Positions 10,475 to 19,412 of a DNA stretch of 64,000 nucleotides are shown piece after piece. Within the stretch, counting starts at the first letter, position 1; each line of letters begins with the position of its first letter. The DNA comes from a bacterium (GTDB taxonomy: Bacteria > Vulcanimicrobiota > Xenobia > Xenobiales > Xenobiaceae): contig JAFTAM010000016.1 of assembly GCA_017458675.1 (NCBI GenBank), positions 15-64,014 on the forward strand, given 5' to 3'. Both the position numbers and the translations under genes were made by a program. The notes under the pieces were generated by a model. That model saw only the letters and a program-made list of their open reading frames with translations, was not told where the DNA came from and searched no databases.

Positions 10475-12298
10475 TCAGTTGCCGTTCAAATAATATTCCA
10501 ATAAGGCCTCTCTGAAGGACGGACGCTGCAGCTTTCTCAAAGCCTTGGCTTCAATCTGGCGGCTGCGCTCTCTGGTAACATGGAAGATATGACCGACTTC
10601 CTCCAGAGTGCGGGTATGTCCGTCCAAAAGTCCGAACCTAAGCACAATAACCTGCTTCTCACGCTCGGATAAGCAGCCTAAAGCCTCGTTGAGCTTTTCC
10701 CTGAGACAGACGCTGGAAGCGGCCTCCTCAGGAGAAACAGCGCCTTCATCCTCGATGAAATCGCCCAGGTGAGAATCTTCCTCTTCTCCTATAGGAGTTT
10801 CCAGAGAAATAGGCTCCTGCGCGATCTTCTGAATCTCTCTGACCTTGGCTTCTGCCGCAGCCATTCTCCGGCCGTATTCCTCCTTGTAGCGGTTATCGTC
10901 CACGGTGATCTTTCTGTTGAAAGTTTCTGAAAGCTCAGCGCAAAGCTGTTCCGGCTCGACAGGATACATTCTGGCCGCAATTTCTTCAATGGTTGGATCA
11001 CGGCCGTTCTCCTGAACCAAAGCCCGCATGACCTTAGTCAAACTGCTGATCTTCTCTACCATATGCACGGGAATGCGGATGGTTCTGGCCTGATCGGCCA
11101 AAGCTCTGGTAATAGCCTGTCTGATCCACCAGGTTGCATAAGTGCTGAACTTATAGCCCTTGTGATAATCAAACTTTTCTACGGCGCGTATGAGTCCCAG
11201 ATTGCCCTCCTGGATCAAATCCAGAAACAGCATGCCGCGGCTTATGTACTTTTTGGCAATGCTGACTACCAGGCGCAGATTGGCTTCCGTAAGCTCCCCC
11301 TTTGCATCCGAGCCTTTGCGTATGACGGAGTCTATGCGCTCAAACTCCTCTTTGCGCGCAATATCCTCACTGTTCCCGCTCTCGGCGGCGGTCTTCAGCT
11401 TTTCGTAATATTTGCGCCGAGCCTGCTTCCAGCAGCTTTCTACAAACTTCTGACGGTCTATCAGCTCCTTAAAGCCGCTGATCCACACATCGGTTCCGCA
11501 GCTTCGCAGCTTATTGACCAAATCGCTGACAGAATAGATATTATTGCCGCTTCCGCCTACCAGATCCAAATCGTCTTCTTCATCAATATTTAAAGCGACA
11601 GAAGTGATCTCTCTCGCTTTAGCCTCTTCGATTAAGGTATCCAAAACTAAATTTCTGAAGTCATCCTGCTTTAAAATCTCTTCCGAAGCGTCAAAGCCTG
11701 CCTCAATAAGCTTGCCAAGCTCATTTTCACGTTCCTGATTGAGCAGAGAAACCTGGCCGATCTCCTTAAGATATTGGCGAACCGGATCTTCAACGTTGAT
11801 ATCTACGGTACTGGAAGGCACATATTTCTTTTTGCGCCGTCCGGACCCGCTTAAAACAGCGTTCTGATGGCTGCGCTTTTTTCCTGAGCGCGCCTTTTTA
11901 TCCTCAGTGTGCGCATTTTTTAAGGCAGCTTCTTTTTTTATAACCGCAGAGGGAGCTTCAGAAGCGGCAGAAATGATATCAGAGGGGATATCGGAGATAT
12001 AAGAAGACACTGCGTCCCTGCTTTTATCATAGGCTACGGCGTCTAAATCCTCAAAAATGTCGCCGCCTGCAGCATCCGGCTCAAAACTCGGAACAGTTTC
12101 TTCAAAATCAGAATAGAAATCACTGCCCAAAACTTCAGGCACAGCCTTTGGCTTAGGCGCGCGTCTGTTTACAGCCCTACCGGCAGCCTTAACCGACTCA
12201 GGTGCTGCTTTGGTTGCCGAATGCCGCCTGACATCAGCGGAAGCTTCCTGACTTCCGCCATCCTGACGCCTTTCATATTTTTCGTTATACTCAACCAT
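10475..12298 (-). CDS. rpoD: RNA polymerase primary sigma factor sigma-70
   Basis: Region 2 signature [40 protein letters not shown]; region 4 [30 protein letters not shown]; classic dnaG-rpoD neighbourhood. Confidence 0.95.
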   Translation of the reverse strand: MVEYNEKYERRQDGGSQEASADVRRHSATKAAPESVKAAGRAVNRRAPKPKAVPEVLGSDFYSDFEETVPSFEPDAAGGDIFEDLDAVAYDKSRDAVSSYISDIPSDIISAASEAPSAVIKKEAALKNAHTEDKKARSGKKRSHQNAVLSGSGRRKKKYVPSSTVDINVEDPVRQYLKEIGQVSLLNQERENELGKLIEAGFDASEEILKQDDFRNLVLDTLIEEAKAREITSVALNIDEEDDLDLVGGSGNNIYSVSDLVNKLRSCGTDVWISGFKELIDRQKFVESCWKQARRKYYEKLKTAAESGNSEDIARKEEFERIDSVIRKGSDAKGELTEANLRLVVSIAKKYISRGMLFLDLIQEGNLGLIRAVEKFDYHKGYKFSTYATWWIRQAITRALADQARTIRIPVHMVEKISSLTKVMRALVQENGRDPTIEEIAARMYPVEPEQLCAELSETFNRKITVDDNRYKEEYGRRMAAAEAKVREIQKIAQEPISLETPIGEEEDSHLGDFIEDEGAVSPEEAASSVCLREKLNEALGCLSEREKQVIVLRFGLLDGHTRTLEEVGHIFHVTRERSRQIEAKALRKLQRPSFREALLEYYLNGN

Positions 12299-12818
12299 AA
12301 CAAACCCTATCTTTTAAAAGAACAAAAAAACTAACCTGATCTAATTTCACGCAGAACCGCTCCGGGACAACGCCGTTCCCGGGAGCATACGCCGGTTGTT
12401 CAGCTCGCTGGATGGCCTATATAAAAGCTATCAGCAAAGCTTAATAAGAGAAGCTGCATTCTCTTTACATTTTCTTTAGACTAAATATATAAAAGTCTTT
12501 TCGTTTATCGTTAAAAATATGTAAAAAAAGTAATATAAGTGTATCGCAAACAGATAAAAGATGATATAATGTTTTATTTTGCCTATTTTAGCTCTGAAAA
12601 TCTATCTAAAAACCGCTTCTTACTCAAAGCGCTGCCTGAGCATAGGCCGAGTATTCCGGGCGCAGCATTGCCGACAAAAGCTATCGGAAAAACGCCGCTC
12701 TTTCTTTAGATAAAAACGCTCTAAACCTTTGTTTGTTTTGTAAAAGAAATGTAAACAATAGCTGCTTAACTATTCCTTTAAAGGCTATAATAATGATATA
12801 ATCAAAAGGTTACGATTA
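12299..12818 (-). promoter_or_regulatory. Unusually long (~520 bp) AT-rich intergenic/leader region upstream of rpoD with several TATAAT-like boxes
   Basis: Local AT-richness in a GC-rich genome; gatgatataatg and ggctataataatgatataatc motifs; no ORF. Confidence 0.3.
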
Positions 12819-13607
12819 TTATTCTGTTTTGAGTTCCTCGATCTGAAGACCTTTTTCCGAATTATAGGTAAAATTTCCCAGGCCGTGTCCGTTGGGAGAG
12901 GGACAGGAAATCGTATAGCCGCCCTTATTTAAAATATAAACATAGGGCTTGCCGTCAACCGGGCAAAACAGCTCTCTGGGCATATATACAGGCTTCAGAG
13001 CTGCCAGATTCGCAGGATAAGCCTTGTTATGATCCTTGGCATACAGTTCACAGCGCGTCGCCAAAGCTTCAATGTTTTCCGTACACTGAACTGCCAGGCG
13101 TTCAACCCTCTTGCCCTCGGCCGCAAAGCGCAGCCAAGCCCAGTCTATATTGGAGAGAGCAGGCAAATATTCGGCATAAAGCTCCGGCTTAGGCATTTTT
13201 AAAGTATAAGAGCAGTAATCGCGGACAGGCTCATAAATAAACGGCAGACCGCTCGCGGGTTCATTTCCCAAAGCCACTCTGGGCGCATCTTTCGGAAGTC
13301 CGGCATTAAAGCTCTTTTCCAGGCTTTCCAGACTGTGAGGATAGCGTCCGCTCTGCATAAAATAATATTCGATCAAAACCTGCAGACGTGCATAGGCCTT
13401 TATTCCCTCCGCCCTGAGAGAGCGGAGATCCTTAGTTTGCCCGGCGCTTCCGGACGCATCCGCCATATAAGCGCCGCCCCCGTTCAGACAGCCGCTGCCG
13501 CCGCTTTCAGAAAGTTCAGCCCGCAGCGGAGCCGCAAGAGCCGCCGCCGCCCCCAGCCCCAGACAGACAGTTCTGAAAGCCTTAAATAATCTGCAATTAA
13601 AAAACAT
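12819..13607 (-). CDS. Hypothetical secreted protein (signal peptide, Cys-containing)
   Basis: ORF between dnaG and rpoD; N-terminal hydrophobic AAAALAAPLRA signal-like segment; no recognisable domain. Confidence 0.5.
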   Translation of the reverse strand: MFFNCRLFKAFRTVCLGLGAAAALAAPLRAELSESGGSGCLNGGGAYMADASGSAGQTKDLRSLRAEGIKAYARLQVLIEYYFMQSGRYPHSLESLEKSFNAGLPKDAPRVALGNEPASGLPFIYEPVRDYCSYTLKMPKPELYAEYLPALSNIDWAWLRFAAEGKRVERLAVQCTENIEALATRCELYAKDHNKAYPANLAALKPVYMPRELFCPVDGKPYVYILNKGGYTISCPSPNGHGLGNFTYNSEKGLQIEELKTE

Positions 13608-13820
13608 TACGCTTCATCCTTAAAACTGTAAAATGTTAACCAAAATATTACAAAAGAGCCGTTTGTTCCTTCGTTATATCGCTCCAGACAGGTATCGTCT
13701 TTATAATTATCGGAACCCGATCTTGAATTATAAACCTTTCTCTTGAGCAGACTGAGCAGCCCGCTCTGTAGTTTTCGGCCAGGCGGAAACTATCTCGGCT
13801 TATCGGCGCAGCAGGCGGCT

Positions 13821-15566
13821 TCAGGATTCTGAAAGCAGTCTTTTATACTCCTCAAAGTTTGGGACCTGATCCGGCGGAGTTCCCTTTTTTAGCGCCAAAA
13901 GCACCTGCGGGCGCAGAATAGCAAGACGCTTTTTTCTGTATTTATCGACTATATCCAGAGCTAATTTTTTGGCGTCGTCAAGTTCCGATTCAGGCGCCTC
14001 GACAGCAAAAAGCCGATAGACTCGCTCCTGCAGACTCATAGGATCTTCGGCTCCGAAAAGTTCTACGGTCATAATCGGCTTATGTCTGTCTTTCATAGCC
14101 CAAATCCTGCCGAATATTTCCGCCAGTTCCGCATCCTCTATTAAACTGATATCTAAAAGATTCTGCAAATCCGCCGCCCACTCCGGATGCAAGCTGCAAA
14201 GGCTTAAAAGTCTTTCCTCAGAGCTCAGATCTATCCACCTGCGGGCGGAGCTCAAGCTTATTCCCGCCGGCGAAGAGACGCCCTGACCGTTTGGAGCGGC
14301 CTTCTGCAGGCTGCGGCGCAGAGCGGAGAGGGACAGCTCGCCGACATAATATTCAAGCTCGCGCAGATAAGCCTCTCTGCGCACGGGATTGCGTATTTTT
14401 GCGATAAAGGGCATAACGGCTTTTACAAACCCTTCCTTGCCCTCAGGAGTAGAAACGTCAAATTTATTCAGCTGATGATTCATCTCAAATTTGACGATGC
14501 CGCAGCTTTCGGCCAATACTTTTTCTATCGCTTCACGTCCGCCCTTGCGGGCCAGGGAATCGGGATCCTCGCCTTCAGGGAAGGAAACCGTCATAACCTG
14601 CAGCCCGGCTTCCTCCAAAACGGCATTGCCCTTAATAACGGCATTTATTCCCGCATCATCGCCGTCGTAAGCCAATATAACCTGACCGGTATATTTTTTG
14701 CAGAGGTCCGCCTGCTCCGGCGTCAAGGCTGTCCCCAAAGTGGCCACGCAGCAGCCTATGCCGACCTGATGCATGGCAATCACATCCAGATAACCTTCTG
14801 TTACGATCGCTCGGTTTTCCCGGGATATCTGACCTCTGGCGACATTAAGGCCGTAAAGGTGATGTCTTTTGGAATACCATTTAGTTTCCGGAAAATTGAT
14901 ATATTTTGGGGAATTGTCCTCAACGATCCGCCGTCCCCCCATAGCAATGACCCTGCCTCTGAAATCGCAAATGGGAAAGATGAGACGACCTCCCAGAAGC
15001 TCTCTGGATCTCTGGTTGAGCACTCCGCACCGCTGCGCTTCCGCTTCCGAAAAGCCCGCCTCCTTCAGAGTTTTCCAAAAGGCCGCCCCGTTCGGAGGAG
15101 CGTAACCCAAGCGGAATTTTTCGGCTATGCTTCTGGAAATGCGCCTTTTTTTCAAATACTCCCGCCCTGCGCCGCCTTCTTCGCCCGCAAGCAGAATTTT
15201 GCCATAAAGCTCGCAAACGCGGTTCAAAAGCTCATAGCCGCGTTTTTTTTCGGTATCCTGCGAGGGAGCGTATTCAAGAGGAAGTTCTACCCCTACCTCA
15301 GCGGCCAGCTTCTGCACGGCTTCATAGAAGCCCATGCCTTCAGATTTCATTAAAAAAGAAAAGATGTTCCCGGACTCCTTGCAGCCGAAGCAGTGCCAGA
15401 AGCCCCGATCCGGATCCACATGGAAAGACGGCGTCCTTTCATTATGAAAGGGGCAGCTGGCAACATAACGGCTGCCTACGCGCCGTAACTGCAGATAGCG
15501 GCTCATTATTGCGATCATGTCCGCTCGCTCGGCAATTTCATTGATGGTGCTTTCAGGAATTCTCAT
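13821..15566 (-). CDS. dnaG: DNA primase
   Basis: CHC2 zinc finger CPFHNERTPSFHVDPDRGFWHCFGCKESGN; TOPRIM region (EGYLDVIAMHQ...YDGDDAG); upstream of rpoD. Confidence 0.9.
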   Translation of the reverse strand: MRIPESTINEIAERADMIAIMSRYLQLRRVGSRYVASCPFHNERTPSFHVDPDRGFWHCFGCKESGNIFSFLMKSEGMGFYEAVQKLAAEVGVELPLEYAPSQDTEKKRGYELLNRVCELYGKILLAGEEGGAGREYLKKRRISRSIAEKFRLGYAPPNGAAFWKTLKEAGFSEAEAQRCGVLNQRSRELLGGRLIFPICDFRGRVIAMGGRRIVEDNSPKYINFPETKWYSKRHHLYGLNVARGQISRENRAIVTEGYLDVIAMHQVGIGCCVATLGTALTPEQADLCKKYTGQVILAYDGDDAGINAVIKGNAVLEEAGLQVMTVSFPEGEDPDSLARKGGREAIEKVLAESCGIVKFEMNHQLNKFDVSTPEGKEGFVKAVMPFIAKIRNPVRREAYLRELEYYVGELSLSALRRSLQKAAPNGQGVSSPAGISLSSARRWIDLSSEERLLSLCSLHPEWAADLQNLLDISLIEDAELAEIFGRIWAMKDRHKPIMTVELFGAEDPMSLQERVYRLFAVEAPESELDDAKKLALDIVDKYRKKRLAILRPQVLLALKKGTPPDQVPNFEEYKRLLSES

Positions 15567-15723
15567 TTTCTATCCCGCTGAATTGTATACATATCTAAGT
15601 CTAAGCAATATACGGTCAAAAAAAAATGGATTTACAAAGGTTTAATACAGAAAAATTCAGAATTTATAAAAGAGGCTTTTTGTCTGAATTATATGAGGTC
15701 ATAAAAGAGGCTGATAAAATATA

Positions 15724-16284
15724 ATGAAAAAAGAAGACTTTAATATAGATAAAGAAAAAACCTACAGCGTTTCGCTATCAAAATTTTATATGCTGTCGCT
15801 GTTCGGCGTCATTGCCAGCTGCCTGTTTTGCTGGCAGGGCATAAGACTTATGAGCGGGCGCGGCGACGACATGGATCCGCTGGTGATATTGATGGCTTCG
15901 GTTCCTATACTGGCAGGAATCGGCATAATAATAATTATTGTCATGATATATATAACTTACCAGGGACGCAAAGTAACCATATCCAATAAAGCCGTAACCT
16001 ATCAGCGCAACAATAAGGAGCCGGTCGTACTGAACTGGCGCAACGTCAGATTCGTGACCCGCAAGACTACCGACAAAAGCATGCTGGACAGAACCAGCGT
16101 AACCGACGGAGAATTTACTTTCCAGATTGAGCGCTTTTTCTTCCCCGATTACGATAAAATGACGATCGCGCTGAGAAAGATTAAAGAAAAGAGAAAGAAG
16201 GATTCTGATACCATCAGTATCAGAGCCACATCGAGCAACGACGACCTCAAAGCTTTAGGCATAATCAGAACAAACTATCAATAA
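15724..16284 (+). CDS. Hypothetical membrane protein (two N-terminal TM helices, small cytoplasmic domain)
   Basis: ORF with strong terminator downstream; hydrophobic segments LSLFGVIASCLFCW and ILAGIGIIIIIVMIYI. Confidence 0.5.
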   Translation: MKKEDFNIDKEKTYSVSLSKFYMLSLFGVIASCLFCWQGIRLMSGRGDDMDPLVILMASVPILAGIGIIIIIVMIYITYQGRKVTISNKAVTYQRNNKEPVVLNWRNVRFVTRKTTDKSMLDRTSVTDGEFTFQIERFFFPDYDKMTIALRKIKEKRKKDSDTISIRATSSNDDLKALGIIRTNYQ

Positions 16285-16306
16285 CTAAAGCTCAAAAAAC
16301 AGAAAA

Positions 16307-16342
16307 ACAAGGCTTTCAGCAATTGCGAAGCCTTGTTTTTTT
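16307..16342 (+). terminator. Rho-independent terminator after 15724-16284
   Basis: Stem acaaggctt/aagccttgt with 12-nt loop followed by TTTTTTT. Confidence 0.6.
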
Positions 16343-16412
16343 CTCGTCAGCCGCAGAACGGGAAGCTGCCGAACAGTTAAATACTCCCTGAACAGAGCAT
16401 TCAAAATACTTG

Positions 16413-17120
16413 TCAAAATCCCGTAAGCTCTTTAACTTCCCTGTCGCTCAAAAAACGGTATCTGCCTCTGGGAAGATTTCCTAAAGACAGAGAGCCGAAG
16501 CGAATCCGCTTTAAAGCGGAGACTCTGCAGCCTACTGCCGCCAGCATGCGTTTAACCTGATGCTTGCGTCCCTCATGAATAGTCAGCTCTACTTGTCCCT
16601 CAGATAAAATTTTGACCTTAGCCGGAGCGGTCCAGCCGTCATCGAGACACACGCCCTCTTCCAGAAATTTAATTTCTCTTTCTCCGGGAAGAGAATCAAC
16701 ATCAGCAATATAAACTTTATCTACTAAATGACTGGGATGCAGCAAACGCTGAACAAAACCTCCGTCATTAGTAAACAGCAGCAGGCCTTCCGTATCGCGA
16801 TCCAAACGCCCTATCGGGTAGATGCGCTGCCTGATATCTTTAACAAACTCCATAACCGTACGGCGGCCGGCTTCATCTCTGACTGTCGTCACAAAACCTT
16901 TGGGTTTATTGAGCATGAGGTAAATTTTTTCAGGCTCGGCGCCGCCCAGGCGTCCCCAACCTTCTATCTCAATACAGTCACAGACCGAATCGACTTTACT
17001 GCCAAGTTCTGCAACGCAGCCGTTTACCTTTACTGCGCCAGCGGATATAAGCTCCTCGCAGCGCCGCCGGGAAGCGACTCCGTAAGAGGCCATAACCTTT
17101 TGCAGACGTTCCGGAGCCAT
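16413..17120 (-). CDS. rRNA pseudouridine synthase, RsuA/RluB family (S4 domain + catalytic domain)
   Basis: S4-like N-terminus (LQKVMASYGVASRRRCEELISAGAVKVNG); catalytic motif PIGRLDRDTEGLLLFTNDG with conserved Asp. Confidence 0.85.
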   Translation of the reverse strand: MAPERLQKVMASYGVASRRRCEELISAGAVKVNGCVAELGSKVDSVCDCIEIEGWGRLGGAEPEKIYLMLNKPKGFVTTVRDEAGRRTVMEFVKDIRQRIYPIGRLDRDTEGLLLFTNDGGFVQRLLHPSHLVDKVYIADVDSLPGEREIKFLEEGVCLDDGWTAPAKVKILSEGQVELTIHEGRKHQVKRMLAAVGCRVSALKRIRFGSLSLGNLPRGRYRFLSDREVKELTGF

Positions 17121-17144
17121 ACCTGATACAGCTGCAGAGAATAA

Positions 17145-17576
17145 TTAAAATACCGTTACGCGCAGACTGCGTTTTAAAGGATTGTCGCGGTGCTCCCAAA
17201 GATAAATTCCCTGCCACCGACCCATAGCCAATTTGCCGTCGATCACAGGAATGCTTAAGCTTACATTGTTCAAGGCCGCTTTAATGTGAGAAGGCATATC
17301 GTCTTTGCCCTCCTCAACGTGCCTGAACCATTCCTGGAAAGGAACCATGCAGTTCATGAAAGTCTCTAAATCGTGAGCCGCGTCAGGGTCATGATTTTCC
17401 TGTATGCAAAGACTGCAGGAGGTGTGCAGAACAAAAAGATTGCACATGCCGTCTTTTACACCGCTATTAGAAACGATTTCTTGAATCTTATCGGTGATGT
17501 TGTTCAGGCCCTGGCTGGCGCCATTGCCTTTATTCGTATCGAAGGTAATAATTTCAGAAAACATAGTGCCTGCCAT
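17145..17576 (-). CDS. YjbQ/UPF0047 family protein (secondary thiamine-phosphate synthase enzyme family)
   Basis: 143 aa; family-typical segments LFVLHTSCSLCIQENHDPD and GRWQGIYLWEHRD. Confidence 0.8.
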   Translation of the reverse strand: MAGTMFSEIITFDTNKGNGASQGLNNITDKIQEIVSNSGVKDGMCNLFVLHTSCSLCIQENHDPDAAHDLETFMNCMVPFQEWFRHVEEGKDDMPSHIKAALNNVSLSIPVIDGKLAMGRWQGIYLWEHRDNPLKRSLRVTVF

Positions 17577-17762
17577 GTTCTAATTGTCGAGGCAATTTCC
17601 TTCTGCGCTTTTCAAGCAATTTAGGCAAGAGCAGCAAAAATAGATTCATACAGACTTACTGTATTAGCAGGATTGCCGCCCCCTCGGCAAGCATGAGAAG
17701 GACTAGAAAAGGCTGTATAGAAGGCGTCTTTTTATCCTAAAACTAACGGAATAATTTAGCTT

Positions 17763-19010
17763 ATGTCTTTTGCTGCAAGCAGTGATCTGCATAAAAAAAA
17801 CAGCATCACCCGCTGGGATTTATTTGCCTGTGTCGCCGGACGTCCGGAGGGCATAGCTTTAACCAGGCTGGCTCACGTACTCCATGTGGAAAGAGAACGG
17901 TCCCTGATTGTTCCCCTGGGCGAGCTGGAGGACGAAGAGCTTATCGTCTGCGACAGCAGAGATCACTATATACTAAGCAGCAAAGAGGCAGCAAAGAAAC
18001 TGCGCTATACGATAGCTTACGCGCTGGCTTACGACTACGACTACAACGCCTACTTCAGCGAAGACATGGTGGCCTTCCTGAAAAAAGCCTACCGCAGCGA
18101 TCATTTCAGCACCGGCGATGTTTCCGAAAAGCTTATGAAGCCGGAGCTTATCACCAGGCTGGTTCATAACGACCTGCTTTTAATTTATAAATACGAACCT
18201 TTTACTGGACGTATAGTTGAAAATCCGTTTTTAGACGGCTTATGCGACTATCTGAAAATTAAGCGCGCCAAAGCCTTTTTCTTCCGCAAAAAGATCTCCA
18301 TGGGGAGCGTTTTGGAGGGGCGCAGGGAACAGCTCGACAGCAGCGACAGTCAGAACCTCTCCGCCGCCCGTAAATTTTTCTCCGGCCGCAATTTTAAAAA
18401 TGTCAACTGGGGGTTAACAGATAACGGAAAGTATATCAAGGAGAGCGTCGAGCGCGAGGATTCGGAGTTATTTGACCCCGAATCGAGCGCTTGCTTCCAG
18501 AAGGCCTGGAACGCAATGCAGGCCAACGTCAGCCGCTCGTCCAAGCTGAGCGTAGACGCTATAAAGCTTTACCATAAGCTGACCATGGCCAACACCGATA
18601 TCCCCAGCACTTATCGCGACCATGACGTAATGATCGGCAACAACCCCAATTTTAAAGCAGCCGTACCTTCGGAAATTCCCTATAAGCTGTCGAACCTGGT
18701 AAATTATCTGGCCGCTGCCAGCCCCTCGGACTTTGAATCGGTTCTGGACGTCTGCGCCTACGCCTACAATGAGTTCATCCATATTCATCCCTTCTCCGAC
18801 GGCAACAGCCGCACCGCCAGAATAGTCCTGGCCCATATCCTCAATCTCTTCCATATGCCGTTTGAAAAGATCCCTCACAGCTTCGAGGTGAGGTTCTTAA
18901 TCGTTACCAAGGGTTTAAAAACCAGAGACGACAACGAACTGAAGTATGTTTTGGAAGAGATATATTTAAACTGCATGAACCGCCTGGAGTTGGAAAAGGT
19001 GATGGGCTGA
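17763..19010 (+). CDS. Fic/DOC family protein with slightly degenerate Fic motif (HPFSDGNSRTAR)
   Basis: Fic core HPFxDGNxR at residues ~340-350; 415 aa. Confidence 0.85.
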   Translation: MSFAASSDLHKKNSITRWDLFACVAGRPEGIALTRLAHVLHVERERSLIVPLGELEDEELIVCDSRDHYILSSKEAAKKLRYTIAYALAYDYDYNAYFSEDMVAFLKKAYRSDHFSTGDVSEKLMKPELITRLVHNDLLLIYKYEPFTGRIVENPFLDGLCDYLKIKRAKAFFFRKKISMGSVLEGRREQLDSSDSQNLSAARKFFSGRNFKNVNWGLTDNGKYIKESVEREDSELFDPESSACFQKAWNAMQANVSRSSKLSVDAIKLYHKLTMANTDIPSTYRDHDVMIGNNPNFKAAVPSEIPYKLSNLVNYLAAASPSDFESVLDVCAYAYNEFIHIHPFSDGNSRTARIVLAHILNLFHMPFEKIPHSFEVRFLIVTKGLKTRDDNELKYVLEEIYLNCMNRLELEKVMG

Positions 19011-19107
19011 AGCGTTCTTCACTCCGCAGAGCAAACCTACGCGCCCCCCTCCTCCCCTATGCCGCAGGAGCTGCAGCCGGGCCTTAAAAACCAAAAACCT
19101 CCTTATG

Positions 19108-19390
19108 CTGTCAGCGCAAATGCAATGTCGGTAAGTTAAGCAAAAACAAGCTTTTAGCATACATTCTTAATAAAGGTTTTCTTTGACGCGTACGCGGAGA
19201 TTCGAGCGTAAGCGAGCGCGGAGCGGTAGCGACAAAGAAAACCGGCATAGCGAAAACATGCAGAACATGATCTAAAGATTCTTCGCTGCGCTCAGAATGA
19301 CAGAGGAAACATTTACAAGCCTAATGCAGAAATGCTATTGTGCCATTTTTAGCAAGTTATTGCCTTAACTTTATGACATTGGCGCAAAGG
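19108..19390. repeat. Copy A of dispersed intergenic repeat (core ~19127-19303, 177 bp, termini tgtcgg...gaatgacag) plus ~85 bp extension shared with copy B
   Basis: ~85% identity by eye with 22607-22875; core matches revcomp of 28238-28415 and partial copies at 1-140 and 6528-6590. Confidence 0.6.
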
Positions 19391-19412
19391 AGGTCTTTTA
19401 TTTTCCGAGCTT

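Noticed and set aside
19141-19400. Repeat copies as tRNA/rRNA fragments (contain ggagattcgagc reminiscent of a T-arm)
   Set aside because: No cloverleaf can be drawn; the same sequence recurs 5+ times with inverted termini, fitting a mobile or structured repeat instead.
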